From: a virus
DNA: 64,000 bases
Virus record (IMG/VR): IMGVR_UViG_3300032229_000533
Location: 32,001 to 96,000 of that record
Strand: one strand, 5' to 3'
Both the position numbers and the translations under genes were made by a program. Below the pieces are notes generated by a model that saw only the letters and a program-made list of their open reading frames with translations, was not told the DNA's origin and made no database searches. Positions 1 to 9,819 of this stretch are shown here, piece after piece (position 1 is the first letter of the stretch; each line of letters starts with the position of its first letter).

Positions 1-2
1 GC

Positions 3-806
3 TTTTGTTTCAGCCTTTTTAGCGCCACCCATTGATGTTGTAGATTCGGTATCGTTACCGTATACATAACCACCTTTATCACTATCCCATTTTGGAGTTT
101 CTCCACGAGCAATTGCTTCAAGATAGTCAACAGGTTTTTTAGAATATACGTCCAACCAAGTCAACTCGTCATTAATCCAAGAATCTCCTTGAACTTTTTC
201 TTCGTGTATTGGTGTTGGGTCGTCATACATAATTGTAGACACACTTGTGTATTCTTTACCTGCAGGTGTTTTAGATTTTGTTAATTCAATAATAAGGTCA
301 CGACCTTTCTCAGGGTCAGTGATATCACCTTTGTTTCTCCAAATTGGAATGATTTTATCCAAGATACCATCGTTCTTGTAATTGTGTTTAAATCTCCAAA
401 ATTTTGGACCGTCTTCTTCTCTGTCTCTGTCAATAACTTTAACGATATAGAATTTACGAGACTTGTATTGTTTCGCCAATTCTTTATCAGATTCTTTACC
501 TGTTGACATCAATTCTTCATAAACCTCATTTAAAGGAGAACGTTCGTTGTCATTCTTTCCTGGGTCATAGAATTTTTGCCATTGTCCACCTACTTGGATT
601 TCGTGATACCAAGCTTCTTTGAATGGTGAACTACCATCTTGTGTTGGGAGGATACGTACTCTACGTTGTCCCGATTTCTCTTTATCACTAAGGATTAAAG
701 CGAAATACTTTTTCATTCTCTCGTCTTGCGACATTTTACTTTGGGCCCCGCCCCCTTGTTGTGCTTTTTCGTACTGTGCCAATACGGCGTCTAATGAACT
801 CATCAT
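3..806 (-). CDS. T4 gp32-like single-stranded DNA-binding protein (3' end runs off the window; absent from the ORF track)
   Basis: Manual translation from ATG at 806: MMSSLDAVLAQYEKAQ...RVRILPTQDGSSPFKEAWYH...FYIVKVIDRDREEDGPKFWRF...ITDPEKGRDLIIE. This is the R-I-LP / N-V-V-I-D / D-P-x-x-G pattern of gp32-family SSBs. The frame is open to the window edge. Confidence 0.8.
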   Translation of the reverse strand, partial: MMSSLDAVLAQYEKAQQGGGAQSKMSQDERMKKYFALILSDKEKSGQRRVRILPTQDGSSPFKEAWYHEIQVGGQWQKFYDPGKNDNERSPLNEVYEELMSTGKESDKELAKQYKSRKFYIVKVIDRDREEDGPKFWRFKHNYKNDGILDKIIPIWRNKGDITDPEKGRDLIIELTKSKTPAGKEYTSVSTIMYDDPTPIHEEKVQGDSWINDELTWLDVYSKKPVDYLEAIARGETPKWDSDKGGYVYGNDTESTTSMGGAKKAETK

Positions 807-839
807 GTTTTCTAAATTTTAAATTGTTAAGTTGTTATG

Positions 840-871
840 CAAATATAGTCTAGTTTTCTGGTTTTGTCAAA
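840..871 (-). promoter_or_regulatory. Host-RNAP (early/middle) promoter for the SSB gene
   Basis: Minus strand reads TTTG-ACAAAACCAGAAAACTAGAC(20 nt)-TATATTTG, the Bacteroidota -33/-7 consensus. It also reads as TTGACA-N17-TATATT. Confidence 0.75.
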
Positions 872-872
872 T

Positions 873-898
873 AAAAAAGCCACCTTTTGGGTGGCTTT
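873..898 (-). terminator. Rho-independent terminator after the 919..1599 gene
   Basis: Minus strand AAAGCCACC-CAAAA-GGTGGCTTT followed by TTTAT. Confidence 0.8.
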
Positions 899-918
899 CA
901 TTAGTGTCTCAATTAGTA

Positions 919-1599
919 TTATTTATATTGAAATTCATCTTTGAACCCATTTCCTTGAAAGGAACTTTTGATGTCATTAACATTAATGTCTGTTACATCT
1001 TCAGGAGTTAAAACATAATCATTTTTTCCTGTTTTTTCCATTTCTTCTTGTTTGTCGTCAAAAAATTGTGAAAGTTTTTGGTTGAATGGGTATGAATCAT
1101 AACTTCTTAACTCTAATTTTTCTTGAGGTGTCTTTTCTCTGTATTTCTCAATTTTGTTTTCAAGAGCGTTAAGTTTATTCATAATTGCATCCATCTCACC
1201 TAATCTTGATTCCAATTTATTTAATTGACCAAATAAGTTTTCAAAATAATCGTCTTGTTTAGATTGAATGTCTTTTTGCGCGGTAACTAATTCTGTAATG
1301 TCTAATTCTTCTGAATCAGATGATTCGTCTTTCTTTTCATCAGATTTACCTTCGTCATCAATTTTTTCAACATCTGGGTCATTTTCAACGTCAATTGGTT
1401 CTGAACCAGTTGGTGCTGCTGGAGGTGGTGGAGGAGTTGCCCCTGCTTCTGCTGGAGGTGGTGGAGGAGTTGCTCCTTCTTCAGGCGCCAACGCTCCTAA
1501 ATCAGGTGGTAGTCCTGCCTCAGCATCTTGTTCCATAATATAGTTATTGATACTTCTGTATCTATTAATTTCACTTAATATTTTTTTATCTAAACCCAT
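919..1599 (-). CDS. Hypothetical late/virion protein, acidic, with Pro-rich repeat and coiled coil
   Basis: 226-aa ORF. N-terminal KILSEI...IMEQ leader, duplicated xxGATPPPPPA motif, heptad region LNKLESRLGEMDAIMNKLNALENKIEKY. Confidence 0.7.
   Translation of the reverse strand: MGLDKKILSEINRYRSINNYIMEQDAEAGLPPDLGALAPEEGATPPPPPAEAGATPPPPPAAPTGSEPIDVENDPDVEKIDDEGKSDEKKDESSDSEELDITELVTAQKDIQSKQDDYFENLFGQLNKLESRLGEMDAIMNKLNALENKIEKYREKTPQEKLELRSYDSYPFNQKLSQFFDDKQEEMEKTGKNDYVLTPEDVTDINVNDIKSSFQGNGFKDEFQYK
1416..1481. repeat. 33-nt tandem repeat x2 encoding xxGATPPPPPA
   Basis: ctgctggaggtggtggaggagttgcccctgctt followed by ctgctggaggtggtggaggagttgctccttctt. Confidence 0.85.
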
Positions 1600-1603
1600 A
1601 ATA

Positions 1604-1828
1604 TTATCCGTTTAATAATTGTTTTATACCGTTAGCAGTTTCAACTCTAACTTTTCTGTTGGCAGTTGTTTGGTGACCAGCTCTTTCAATAAGACCGTCT
1701 CTTTCTCTTACAGTATAACAATCTCCTGTATCTAAGTCACAAACTTGTTTAGTTCCGTCACCGTTATCTTCTTGGGAGAATCTTGTTGATTTACCAAGAT
1801 AATTGTCTAATGCTGATTTAATATCCAT
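1604..1828 (-). CDS. Hypothetical protein
   Basis: 74-aa ORF co-oriented and closely spaced with its neighbours, with TATTTAT just upstream. Confidence 0.65.
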   Translation of the reverse strand: MDIKSALDNYLGKSTRFSQEDNGDGTKQVCDLDTGDCYTVRERDGLIERAGHQTTANRKVRVETANGIKQLLNG

Positions 1829-1842
1829 AATAATGTTTCTAT

Positions 1843-1849
1843 ATAAATA
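1843..1849 (-). promoter_or_regulatory. Putative late promoter TATTTAT
   Basis: One of about 15 copies of the motif found immediately upstream of structural-gene starts. Confidence 0.55.
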
Positions 1850-1859
1850 TACGATTAGT

Positions 1860-4800
1860 TTATAAAGTGAATGGAGGTCCAGTTACTGTTTGTACTAATA
1901 CCTGACCACCAACAGGAGATTTAAATCCATAAGGACGGTATTTAACCACCAATCTAAATTCACCTTTACCTTTTATATTATAAACAAAAGTGTAATTAGT
2001 ACTTGCACCTCCTCTACCTTCAACTGCCGCTCTTTCACCTGTTGAATCTATGAAGTATCTATCGGCATAATCTTGGTCTTGAAAACCTGGCGCATTAAAT
2101 CTAAATGTTACGTACCCACTATTGTCAGGTTTTTGAATGTTAAAATATTCAAATCCATTTCCAGTTATGTTTGTATTTGTACCTTCAGATGTTATTGAAA
2201 GAGCAACCTCAGGGAATGTTGGTGTTGTTGAAGGTGTTGGTATAAAAGTGAAATTAAATGATTGTTGAACATTTTGTGGGTTCTTAGTTTTATCTGTTGG
2301 TACCGCAGTTAATTCAAATTTAATTTTAACAGTCTGACTAGAAGTAACAGGTGTTGTTTTAAATTCGTTAATTGGATTAGTAATTAACATACTTTGAACA
2401 TTATCGTATGTTATAGTAAACGTATTACTTGACACATAACTTGATGTCGTTGTTTCTATAGTTCTATTTAAAGTTTCTGTTTTAACATTATTAACCACGT
2501 TATTATCATAAACAGATATTATCATTTTAACATTTTGTTGTAATGTCCAAGTGTTAGTTGATGCCGCCTTAGGATTAACACCAACAGTTAAGGTTGATGT
2601 TGAACCGTTTGGATTGGATGTTGTATTTCCATCTAAAGTAACAGGACCTGTTTGTTGTGGTTGATTATTTGAATTACTTGGATTACTTGGTGTTGGGCTT
2701 ACTTGAGCGGGGTTATAAGTAAACCCACTTAAAGTTGTTCCATTACCGTAAGTTCCTCTAAGAACTATTGGGTTGGTTTGTGCAACAGTTGTATTACTAC
2801 GCGGAACAACAATTGCGATATTAAATGCACTATTAATAGTAATTCCTGTTGTTGTAGTTACATTATTTATTGTTACTCCCGTTACTTCGTCTAAGTTCTT
2901 ACCAACAATAGTTAAAATAGTACCACTCACACCCGTTAACGGTGAGAAAGATGTTATAGTTGGTGGAGGACATGGTGGTACAACAGTTGTAGTTGTATTT
3001 AAATTGTTTGGTAGTGGTGTTACTCCTGCATATGTATCGGCGATTTTTTTCTTTTGTAATTTTGTTTGATTTTTTAAGGTGGTTGTTGCCTCAACATTTA
3101 GTCCTGCCTCACCCGCAGATTTAAACGCTTGGTTAAACCTTGCTTCTAAAGTTTTAAATTCACTTATATGAGAATCAAAATATTCTTCTGTAACCCCAGC
3201 AACAGGCCAGTAACAAACATAATACTTAGTAATACCTAATCCTGTTGTTGCACCAAATACCCTACTCACATTTGCAGATAATTTAGATATCATAAAATCA
3301 AAGAATTTTCCAATAGTATCAAAATTTGCAACAGGTTGTGATGTGTCTTTACCTGTTAAATTTGGAATATTAACACAAGAGTATTTTTTAGGACTGAAGA
3401 ATCCACCACTCGCACCATAATCATTTGTCAAAGTAACATTGGCATAATTATTATTGAAATCATAAAATTTATTTTCATTAAATGTTTTAGCATAACATAT
3501 CATATAAATTAAAACTTGTAAGTCAGGGTTATTTGTTTTCTTTTCAAGTTCCCTAACAAACTCAACAGGTGTAAGACCATGTGTTGTCGCTGTTTGAACA
3601 TCACCCCAAGTACTATAAGCGGGTGCCAAATTACTGCTACAAGAATTTTGTGCCGCTGCGGTACTGTTACCTGTTTGACTTACATATTTAGCTTTATCAA
3701 TATTTGTGATTGCCTTACCTGAAACATCATCTTTTTTAGTTTTAATAATCGCTTCAATTTTACTTAATAAGTTTTGATTAATACTTTGTAAATAATTGTC
3801 TATTGACGGTAAATCGTATATACCTTGTCTTGTCCCTTTAAAAGTTGTTTGAAAACTTCCTTGTGTAATATTATGGTCTACTTCAGTTATAAAATACGGT
3901 CCATTAAACATTGGGACATGTCTAAGATTAAAATACATTGTTGGTTGCAATAAAGCATTACCTAAACAAACAACACTGCATTGATAGCTTCTTTGTTTGT
4001 ATAAATTATATAAACTAACGTTTTGTGTTGCAACATTTCTACCTGATGCTTGGTCAACCATGTTAAGTTGGGTTTGAACACTTTCAGAAGTTGCCCTTCC
4101 TCCATCCATTCCAACTTGCAACGAATAAAATATGTTTTGGTTTCTAATACCAACATCAACATTAAAACCAACACATTTATTTGAAACCGCATAATCTTTT
4201 TTACCTGCAGGGTCTTCAATTAGTGGGTTATCCGATGCTCTTCTTAATTCAAAAGCGTCGTCCCTAAATCTTGAATTTCCTTTTGGTAAGTCTAAGTGTG
4301 TTGATGGCTGACCTGCATAAAAACAAATCATTTTAGGTCCTGATTTTCTATAATCAACATCTAAAAATGTCCCCCACATGTTGTCAGCAAATTCTAATTT
4401 ACCTTCAGGTTGCGGTATCGTAGTACCATCCACATCTTGTATATTATAAAAATTAACATAAGCGGGTAACGGCATCACATTAAATTTATTTTTAATTAAT
4501 AAACCACTAATAAATGTGAATACACTCATTTCCATGTTAATAGAATTCTCACTGAGAATATTTTTTAAATCAAAAATGTCAATAATAATTGTATCACCAA
4601 TATTTCTTGAAGCCCTATCTAAAAACATAAAATCTTCAAATAAAGTTTTTGAAATATAATCTGACCCAGCAATCCACTTATCATTTAATCCTTTGAATAC
4701 TTCATAATTTTCAACCTTACTTTGTTGCCCGTCAATTGTACTTTTAATTACTCTTTCAGGTAATTGTTGTTGGTCGGGTAAATTATTTCTTACTTTTGTT

Positions 4801-7800
4801 AGAATTTGATTTAATATATTGTTTTGAAACTGAGAGGTTAATCCTAAATAAGTTTCAAGACTATTTTTAAAAACAGTTGGGCTTAAATTTGGATTAAACA
4901 ATTTTTGTGTGGCATACATTTTAATAATTGGTGCCAACAGTACTACATTATCAGAAGTAAATTCAATATTATTATCAATAAAAAAATCTGTAATATATGA
5001 ACCGTTATTATCATATATTAAATTTTCAATTGTTGAAAACCCGACTTCCGTTTCTAATGACAACCAAGCTTGTGGATATCTTGACTTAGACAATGCCAAA
5101 GTAATTGTATTAGTCCTTGACGGTAAACTATCTTTAATATATGGTGCAAAGTTAATTGGGTCTTGTATTGGATACTCTCCATTACCTTGAGTTAAATAAG
5201 ACGCCATAACCCTTCTATCATATTCTGCGGGATTACCGTATTTTAAAATCACATCATACTCTAAAAATGATTTTATAATGTTTGAAAATATTGTTAATTG
5301 TGATTCTCCAATAGTTTTAAAATATTCTCCAATTGTGACAGAGTCCCCTTTACCTTCAATTTCCATTAAATTTCTAAACAGGTATTGGAAATTTTTAAAT
5401 AATGCGTTTTGGTCAACAGGTGAAACACCGATAGGTACAAAAAGTTGTGGACCTAAATCAATATTGGCAACTGGTTTACAAAAATTTAAAAACTCTTGTT
5501 CAAATTTGTCTAAAATAGTTTTGTCAAAAACTGAAAATATTTCTTCAATTTTAGAATAATCCCCATCCATTAATAATTTAAATGGCGATTGTTGTTTTGT
5601 ACCAGTTTCTATTTTATTAACATAAGAATTTGGCTGCGGTTTTGATATTTCAGTATTTTTAAAATATCCATAATTTGGTGATGACCATAATAATCTAACA
5701 GACCCATTATATATTGACGGATTATCAATAAATGGACAAACAGGAATATTACCAACTAAACATTCATTTTTTACTTGATTTATCTGAGAACCAAAAGACG
5801 GTACTACATAATATTTTACCGCAGTTGTGTTGTTGTTTGGATTACATTCATTTGATAAATCTTCTACATTGTTAGGTAAAATAACAGACCATGTTTGAAT
5901 AGTTGAAAATACCGAACTTGAGGTTAACGGATACGTAATACTTTGAGCATTGATATTTGAATCTGTAAAATTATATACTTTAACTCCATTATCTATACTC
6001 GCCTGTATTTCTGTATCAGTGTAACCGCTGTATAAATCATATCCATTGTAAAAAACGTTAAAATCGTTAATTACTTTTGGGTAAAATCCTGTTTGAAGTT
6101 TAACAATATTACTTGCCGAGCTTTGTAATGTAATTTTATTAACACCATTAAATTTAAATGTATATGTTTTAGTATCTGAGCTGGTAATAGGGTCAAAATT
6201 TGTTTTATAGCTAAAATCTTTCCATGCAGAATCTAATATATCAAGATTACTATTAACGTAAGTTTTATATCTATACCACACAGAACCCATTTTTAATACC
6301 CAAGCATATGGCATTTTGTGAATTGCACCAAACTTCTTAAAACAAGACGCAATATAATCTAAGTCACTTGACGCACCATTTGTTTTGTATTTTTCTTTTA
6401 ATGATGCTAATGGTAAAGAATTAATAAATAGATACGCGGCTTGTGTGTATGGATACGGGTCTTTCCTTCTCCAATTGTTAACACCATTTTGAATTGCATT
6501 AACAAAATAAGGAGTGTTCAACATTGAAGTTGTTGTTTCAACCGATATGTTTTTACTTGGTGAAATATAATTAACATATCCTTCTGTAGGTATAAAATAC
6601 TTAGGGTCTTTTCTAATTAAATAAAACCCATCCAAACCAATTGAGGTTATTTGATTTACAGGATTAGAAACATTTAAATATGAAAAATTAGTAACGGGTC
6701 TATTTTTACTGTAATCATATACACTATTAAAATTTGAAATAACATCTCTATCTTCAAAAACAGTTAATACTCTATTTGTGTTATACACAGAATTTTTAGT
6801 ATTGTTAACACTATTCGCCATGTTTTTAGAAACCCATGTTGGGTCCGTGAATGGATAAGTGTCAATAATTAATGGGTCGTTAGTTACACTTTTGGTTAAC
6901 TGTAATAATCCATCTGAGTTTGTAGTTGTTTGAGGTTCTTTACCCAAATCAGTTAGACTTAAAATATTAAAAGAATTTTGAGTTAAATTTCTAATATATG
7001 GTGTAACAAAAAAATCTCTAAGGTAATCTTGATATGCTCTACCAGTACCTTGGTTTGATATGTTTGATAAAAAAGTTGGGTAGTTTTGTGCGGTAATATT
7101 ATAATTTTTAAGTTTTAACGTTAAAAATGGTGAACTTACCCCCAAACCTGTTACAATGTTATTTGTTTCGGCACTAACAATTAATTTTGTTAGTTGGTCT
7201 ATCTGATTGTTATTCGCTCTTATAAAACCAGAATAATTTGATGTTAAAAATTGTCTTTCCCATATTTCATAAAAGAACTTAATTTCTTCTTTATTTACAT
7301 AGGCAATACCTTCTGAAGGATATTCAATCGCATTTACATTAATAATGTTTGTAGTGTTTTGACTATCTATTGGAGGTTGAGTTATAGGTAGATTAAATTT
7401 TTGTGTTAACCCTTTCATGTATTCTTCAACAAATTCAACTTCAGGCCATTTGTCATAAAGATATCCTTTAGTTAAATTAACTACTGAAGGGTCGGCAATA
7501 TATTTTAATTGAAATCTACCTTTTTTATCTTCAGGTGTTTCAACAAAAAATTGAGGCCATGGGTATACTGGTATTTGTCCGTTAACTAACCCTTGGTTAT
7601 CACTTTGAGCCGCGTTAGTAATTTTAACATTACCTTCAGTATCTGTACCTTGGGCGGATGATGGGTTATCAAGTATTGCATTTTTTCTTACAGGGTCGTA
7701 TTTTACATTCCAAGCTTTAGTATGAACCTCATCAAGTAGACGAATGAATCCTTCTGCCGACGCCATAATTACCGCACAAATATTTCTAACCGTTGGCTTA

Positions 7801-9506
7801 AACCCAAGACCTGTAGACGAGTCTTCAATCTTTTTAGCCAAATCTGCGGTTATCGCCGTTTCATATTCAGATAACTTTTTATTGGCCTCGGTTTCCATCT
7901 TTGATATTAAATTTTGAAATTCATCAAATATAAACGCACCTGGTTTAACCAAATTCCCAAACAGATTTTCAAATGTAGTATTAGAAGTGTCCTTTTCTAA
8001 AGTTGGTTTAAAACTTTTTTCTAACAATAACAAAACAGCCTTAGTGTCTGCTGTTGTTGGTGATAAAATACCTGTTTGTGATGTTGTTGTTTTAACTATG
8101 TCTATTTCGGTTGGCGCAACTTGTTTAACCATAGTATTATATGTTATACTATTTTTAATTGGTGTTTTACTTAACGTACCTAAAGTTGGGTTAGGTCCCA
8201 AAACATTAGCATTAAAATCAACAGTATACGCACTTAATAAACTTTTAGCTTCTTCTTTTTTTGTGGGATTATCAATAAACTCTTGTTTGAAAATATAAAC
8301 TTCTTGATTAGTCCCTTTTAGTATTATTGGGTTTGGATTCATGTATGTATTAAACCAAGAATCTTTATTACCATAAATTTCATTATAATAATTTTTTAAA
8401 CCTTCTTTATAATTTCTAATGTTAGTTAATGGTTCAATAATAACTGGCGGGTATGCATTTTGGATTGTTTGTTCAAAGGTTTGTAATTGATTCATTAATT
8501 GAGCAACTGTCCATTCGGGAAAATCTGGACTAAGTAACCCTTTAGCCTTATACTCACTATAAACTTCAGTAATTTTTTGATAACCTTTTTCAGCAACTAA
8601 TTCACTTGTAAGATTATCTGTTGATATTGTAGATTGCCTTCCTGACGCTCGGTCAACCACACCTAATTGAGATTGAATGTTTGCGTTTCCCGCCCCTTCA
8701 GGAGATGTTGGTGATTTTGAAACACCAAAGGTTGTACTATACATATGTGGCGTAGCAAATAAACTACCCATTGAAATTTCATTTAAAATGTTGAATTTGT
8801 ATCCAACAAACTCTAACGTTATTTGGTAGTTTCCACTAAACGTGTTGAATCTAGCATTAAATGTTTTAAGATTTAATTGATATCTAATTGCTTGTCCGTA
8901 ATATCCTTTAAGAGTTAAATAAAAGGGGCAATAGGGTAAATTAAAAAATGCCGAATATGGTGAATTATTCCCTAATTGGAACAGCGCTCTTCCTTGAATA
9001 TCCTCCAATTCCATTGTTACTTGTGGTACAAAAGACGAATTAGTTTTAACTGAAATACTTGTAATACCTAATAACCCATTGTCTGTCGCAGTTTGGCCAG
9101 GATTGTTAACGGTCATTTTTGAATATGGTTTGGTACCATTTTTTGGGTCAATGATTTGTTCGGCCATTTGGTTTACACCTAAACCATTTCTTGAATTTTT
9201 ACCAGTTAATTCATCATAATAACCAGTAGTTAAATTAGTCCCCTCGGTAGGTCTTAAGAAGTTCATCTTAGCAACAGATAGAATTCTAATCCTATCTTCA
9301 GGACTACCTCCCACAGATAATTTTGTTCTTGGCACAACTTCAGCTTCAAGATTAGCATACATCACCAAATTTTCATGGTCAACCAATCTTTCACGAATAT
9401 TTCCAAATGCATCAATGGTTTTATTAGGGTCAACCACAATAATGTTATTGTAATCAAACTCTACTAAAATATTACCACTGTTATCTCCTTGTACGTTACC
9501 TGCCAT
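1860..9506 (-). CDS. Giant baseplate hub protein (gp27/VgrG-like halves, lysozyme-like segment, IPT/TIG domain)
   Basis: 2548 aa. N-terminal GITSISVKTNSSFVPQVTMELED and later CSVVCLGNALLQPTMYFNL...GPYFITEVDHNITQGSFQTTFKG resemble hub/late-control-D folds. PPTITSFSPLTGVSGTILTIVGKNL is an IPT/TIG motif. It lies next to other baseplate genes. Confidence 0.6.
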   Translation of the reverse strand: MAGNVQGDNSGNILVEFDYNNIIVVDPNKTIDAFGNIRERLVDHENLVMYANLEAEVVPRTKLSVGGSPEDRIRILSVAKMNFLRPTEGTNLTTGYYDELTGKNSRNGLGVNQMAEQIIDPKNGTKPYSKMTVNNPGQTATDNGLLGITSISVKTNSSFVPQVTMELEDIQGRALFQLGNNSPYSAFFNLPYCPFYLTLKGYYGQAIRYQLNLKTFNARFNTFSGNYQITLEFVGYKFNILNEISMGSLFATPHMYSTTFGVSKSPTSPEGAGNANIQSQLGVVDRASGRQSTISTDNLTSELVAEKGYQKITEVYSEYKAKGLLSPDFPEWTVAQLMNQLQTFEQTIQNAYPPVIIEPLTNIRNYKEGLKNYYNEIYGNKDSWFNTYMNPNPIILKGTNQEVYIFKQEFIDNPTKKEEAKSLLSAYTVDFNANVLGPNPTLGTLSKTPIKNSITYNTMVKQVAPTEIDIVKTTTSQTGILSPTTADTKAVLLLLEKSFKPTLEKDTSNTTFENLFGNLVKPGAFIFDEFQNLISKMETEANKKLSEYETAITADLAKKIEDSSTGLGFKPTVRNICAVIMASAEGFIRLLDEVHTKAWNVKYDPVRKNAILDNPSSAQGTDTEGNVKITNAAQSDNQGLVNGQIPVYPWPQFFVETPEDKKGRFQLKYIADPSVVNLTKGYLYDKWPEVEFVEEYMKGLTQKFNLPITQPPIDSQNTTNIINVNAIEYPSEGIAYVNKEEIKFFYEIWERQFLTSNYSGFIRANNNQIDQLTKLIVSAETNNIVTGLGVSSPFLTLKLKNYNITAQNYPTFLSNISNQGTGRAYQDYLRDFFVTPYIRNLTQNSFNILSLTDLGKEPQTTTNSDGLLQLTKSVTNDPLIIDTYPFTDPTWVSKNMANSVNNTKNSVYNTNRVLTVFEDRDVISNFNSVYDYSKNRPVTNFSYLNVSNPVNQITSIGLDGFYLIRKDPKYFIPTEGYVNYISPSKNISVETTTSMLNTPYFVNAIQNGVNNWRRKDPYPYTQAAYLFINSLPLASLKEKYKTNGASSDLDYIASCFKKFGAIHKMPYAWVLKMGSVWYRYKTYVNSNLDILDSAWKDFSYKTNFDPITSSDTKTYTFKFNGVNKITLQSSASNIVKLQTGFYPKVINDFNVFYNGYDLYSGYTDTEIQASIDNGVKVYNFTDSNINAQSITYPLTSSSVFSTIQTWSVILPNNVEDLSNECNPNNNTTAVKYYVVPSFGSQINQVKNECLVGNIPVCPFIDNPSIYNGSVRLLWSSPNYGYFKNTEISKPQPNSYVNKIETGTKQQSPFKLLMDGDYSKIEEIFSVFDKTILDKFEQEFLNFCKPVANIDLGPQLFVPIGVSPVDQNALFKNFQYLFRNLMEIEGKGDSVTIGEYFKTIGESQLTIFSNIIKSFLEYDVILKYGNPAEYDRRVMASYLTQGNGEYPIQDPINFAPYIKDSLPSRTNTITLALSKSRYPQAWLSLETEVGFSTIENLIYDNNGSYITDFFIDNNIEFTSDNVVLLAPIIKMYATQKLFNPNLSPTVFKNSLETYLGLTSQFQNNILNQILTKVRNNLPDQQQLPERVIKSTIDGQQSKVENYEVFKGLNDKWIAGSDYISKTLFEDFMFLDRASRNIGDTIIIDIFDLKNILSENSINMEMSVFTFISGLLIKNKFNVMPLPAYVNFYNIQDVDGTTIPQPEGKLEFADNMWGTFLDVDYRKSGPKMICFYAGQPSTHLDLPKGNSRFRDDAFELRRASDNPLIEDPAGKKDYAVSNKCVGFNVDVGIRNQNIFYSLQVGMDGGRATSESVQTQLNMVDQASGRNVATQNVSLYNLYKQRSYQCSVVCLGNALLQPTMYFNLRHVPMFNGPYFITEVDHNITQGSFQTTFKGTRQGIYDLPSIDNYLQSINQNLLSKIEAIIKTKKDDVSGKAITNIDKAKYVSQTGNSTAAAQNSCSSNLAPAYSTWGDVQTATTHGLTPVEFVRELEKKTNNPDLQVLIYMICYAKTFNENKFYDFNNNYANVTLTNDYGASGGFFSPKKYSCVNIPNLTGKDTSQPVANFDTIGKFFDFMISKLSANVSRVFGATTGLGITKYYVCYWPVAGVTEEYFDSHISEFKTLEARFNQAFKSAGEAGLNVEATTTLKNQTKLQKKKIADTYAGVTPLPNNLNTTTTVVPPCPPPTITSFSPLTGVSGTILTIVGKNLDEVTGVTINNVTTTTGITINSAFNIAIVVPRSNTTVAQTNPIVLRGTYGNGTTLSGFTYNPAQVSPTPSNPSNSNNQPQQTGPVTLDGNTTSNPNGSTSTLTVGVNPKAASTNTWTLQQNVKMIISVYDNNVVNNVKTETLNRTIETTTSSYVSSNTFTITYDNVQSMLITNPINEFKTTPVTSSQTVKIKFELTAVPTDKTKNPQNVQQSFNFTFIPTPSTTPTFPEVALSITSEGTNTNITGNGFEYFNIQKPDNSGYVTFRFNAPGFQDQDYADRYFIDSTGERAAVEGRGGASTNYTFVYNIKGKGEFRLVVKYRPYGFKSPVGGQVLVQTVTGPPFTL

Positions 9507-9819
9507 AATAATAGAAATAATTATCTAATGACGCTTTATAGTCTTGTAATGAAGGTAGTAGAGGATAAGGAATAATCAATACCGCACCATCATATATATA
9601 ATTTTCCAACCCACCAAACTCAGGATTTGCCTGTAAAATTAACCACCCAAAATACGGAGAGTTATAAAATTCTTGGGAAACAATGTCTAACCTACTTCTA
9701 CCAACTTTATATATGTAAGTCTTATCTGTTGTCTTTTGTGGTATGTTAACAAAAGGGACAACGGTTTGTTCTCCATTAATTAAAAATTCATTATATCTGT
9801 TCGAATATTGATACGCCAT
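9496..9819 (-). CDS. Baseplate wedge LysM-like protein (gp53/gpX-like)
   Basis: 107 aa with RLDIVSQEFYNSPYFGWLILQANP...GAVLIIP, the LysM-like tail-X pattern, located between baseplate genes. Confidence 0.75.
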   Translation of the reverse strand: MAYQYSNRYNEFLINGEQTVVPFVNIPQKTTDKTYIYKVGRSRLDIVSQEFYNSPYFGWLILQANPEFGGLENYIYDGAVLIIPYPLLPSLQDYKASLDNYFYYYGR

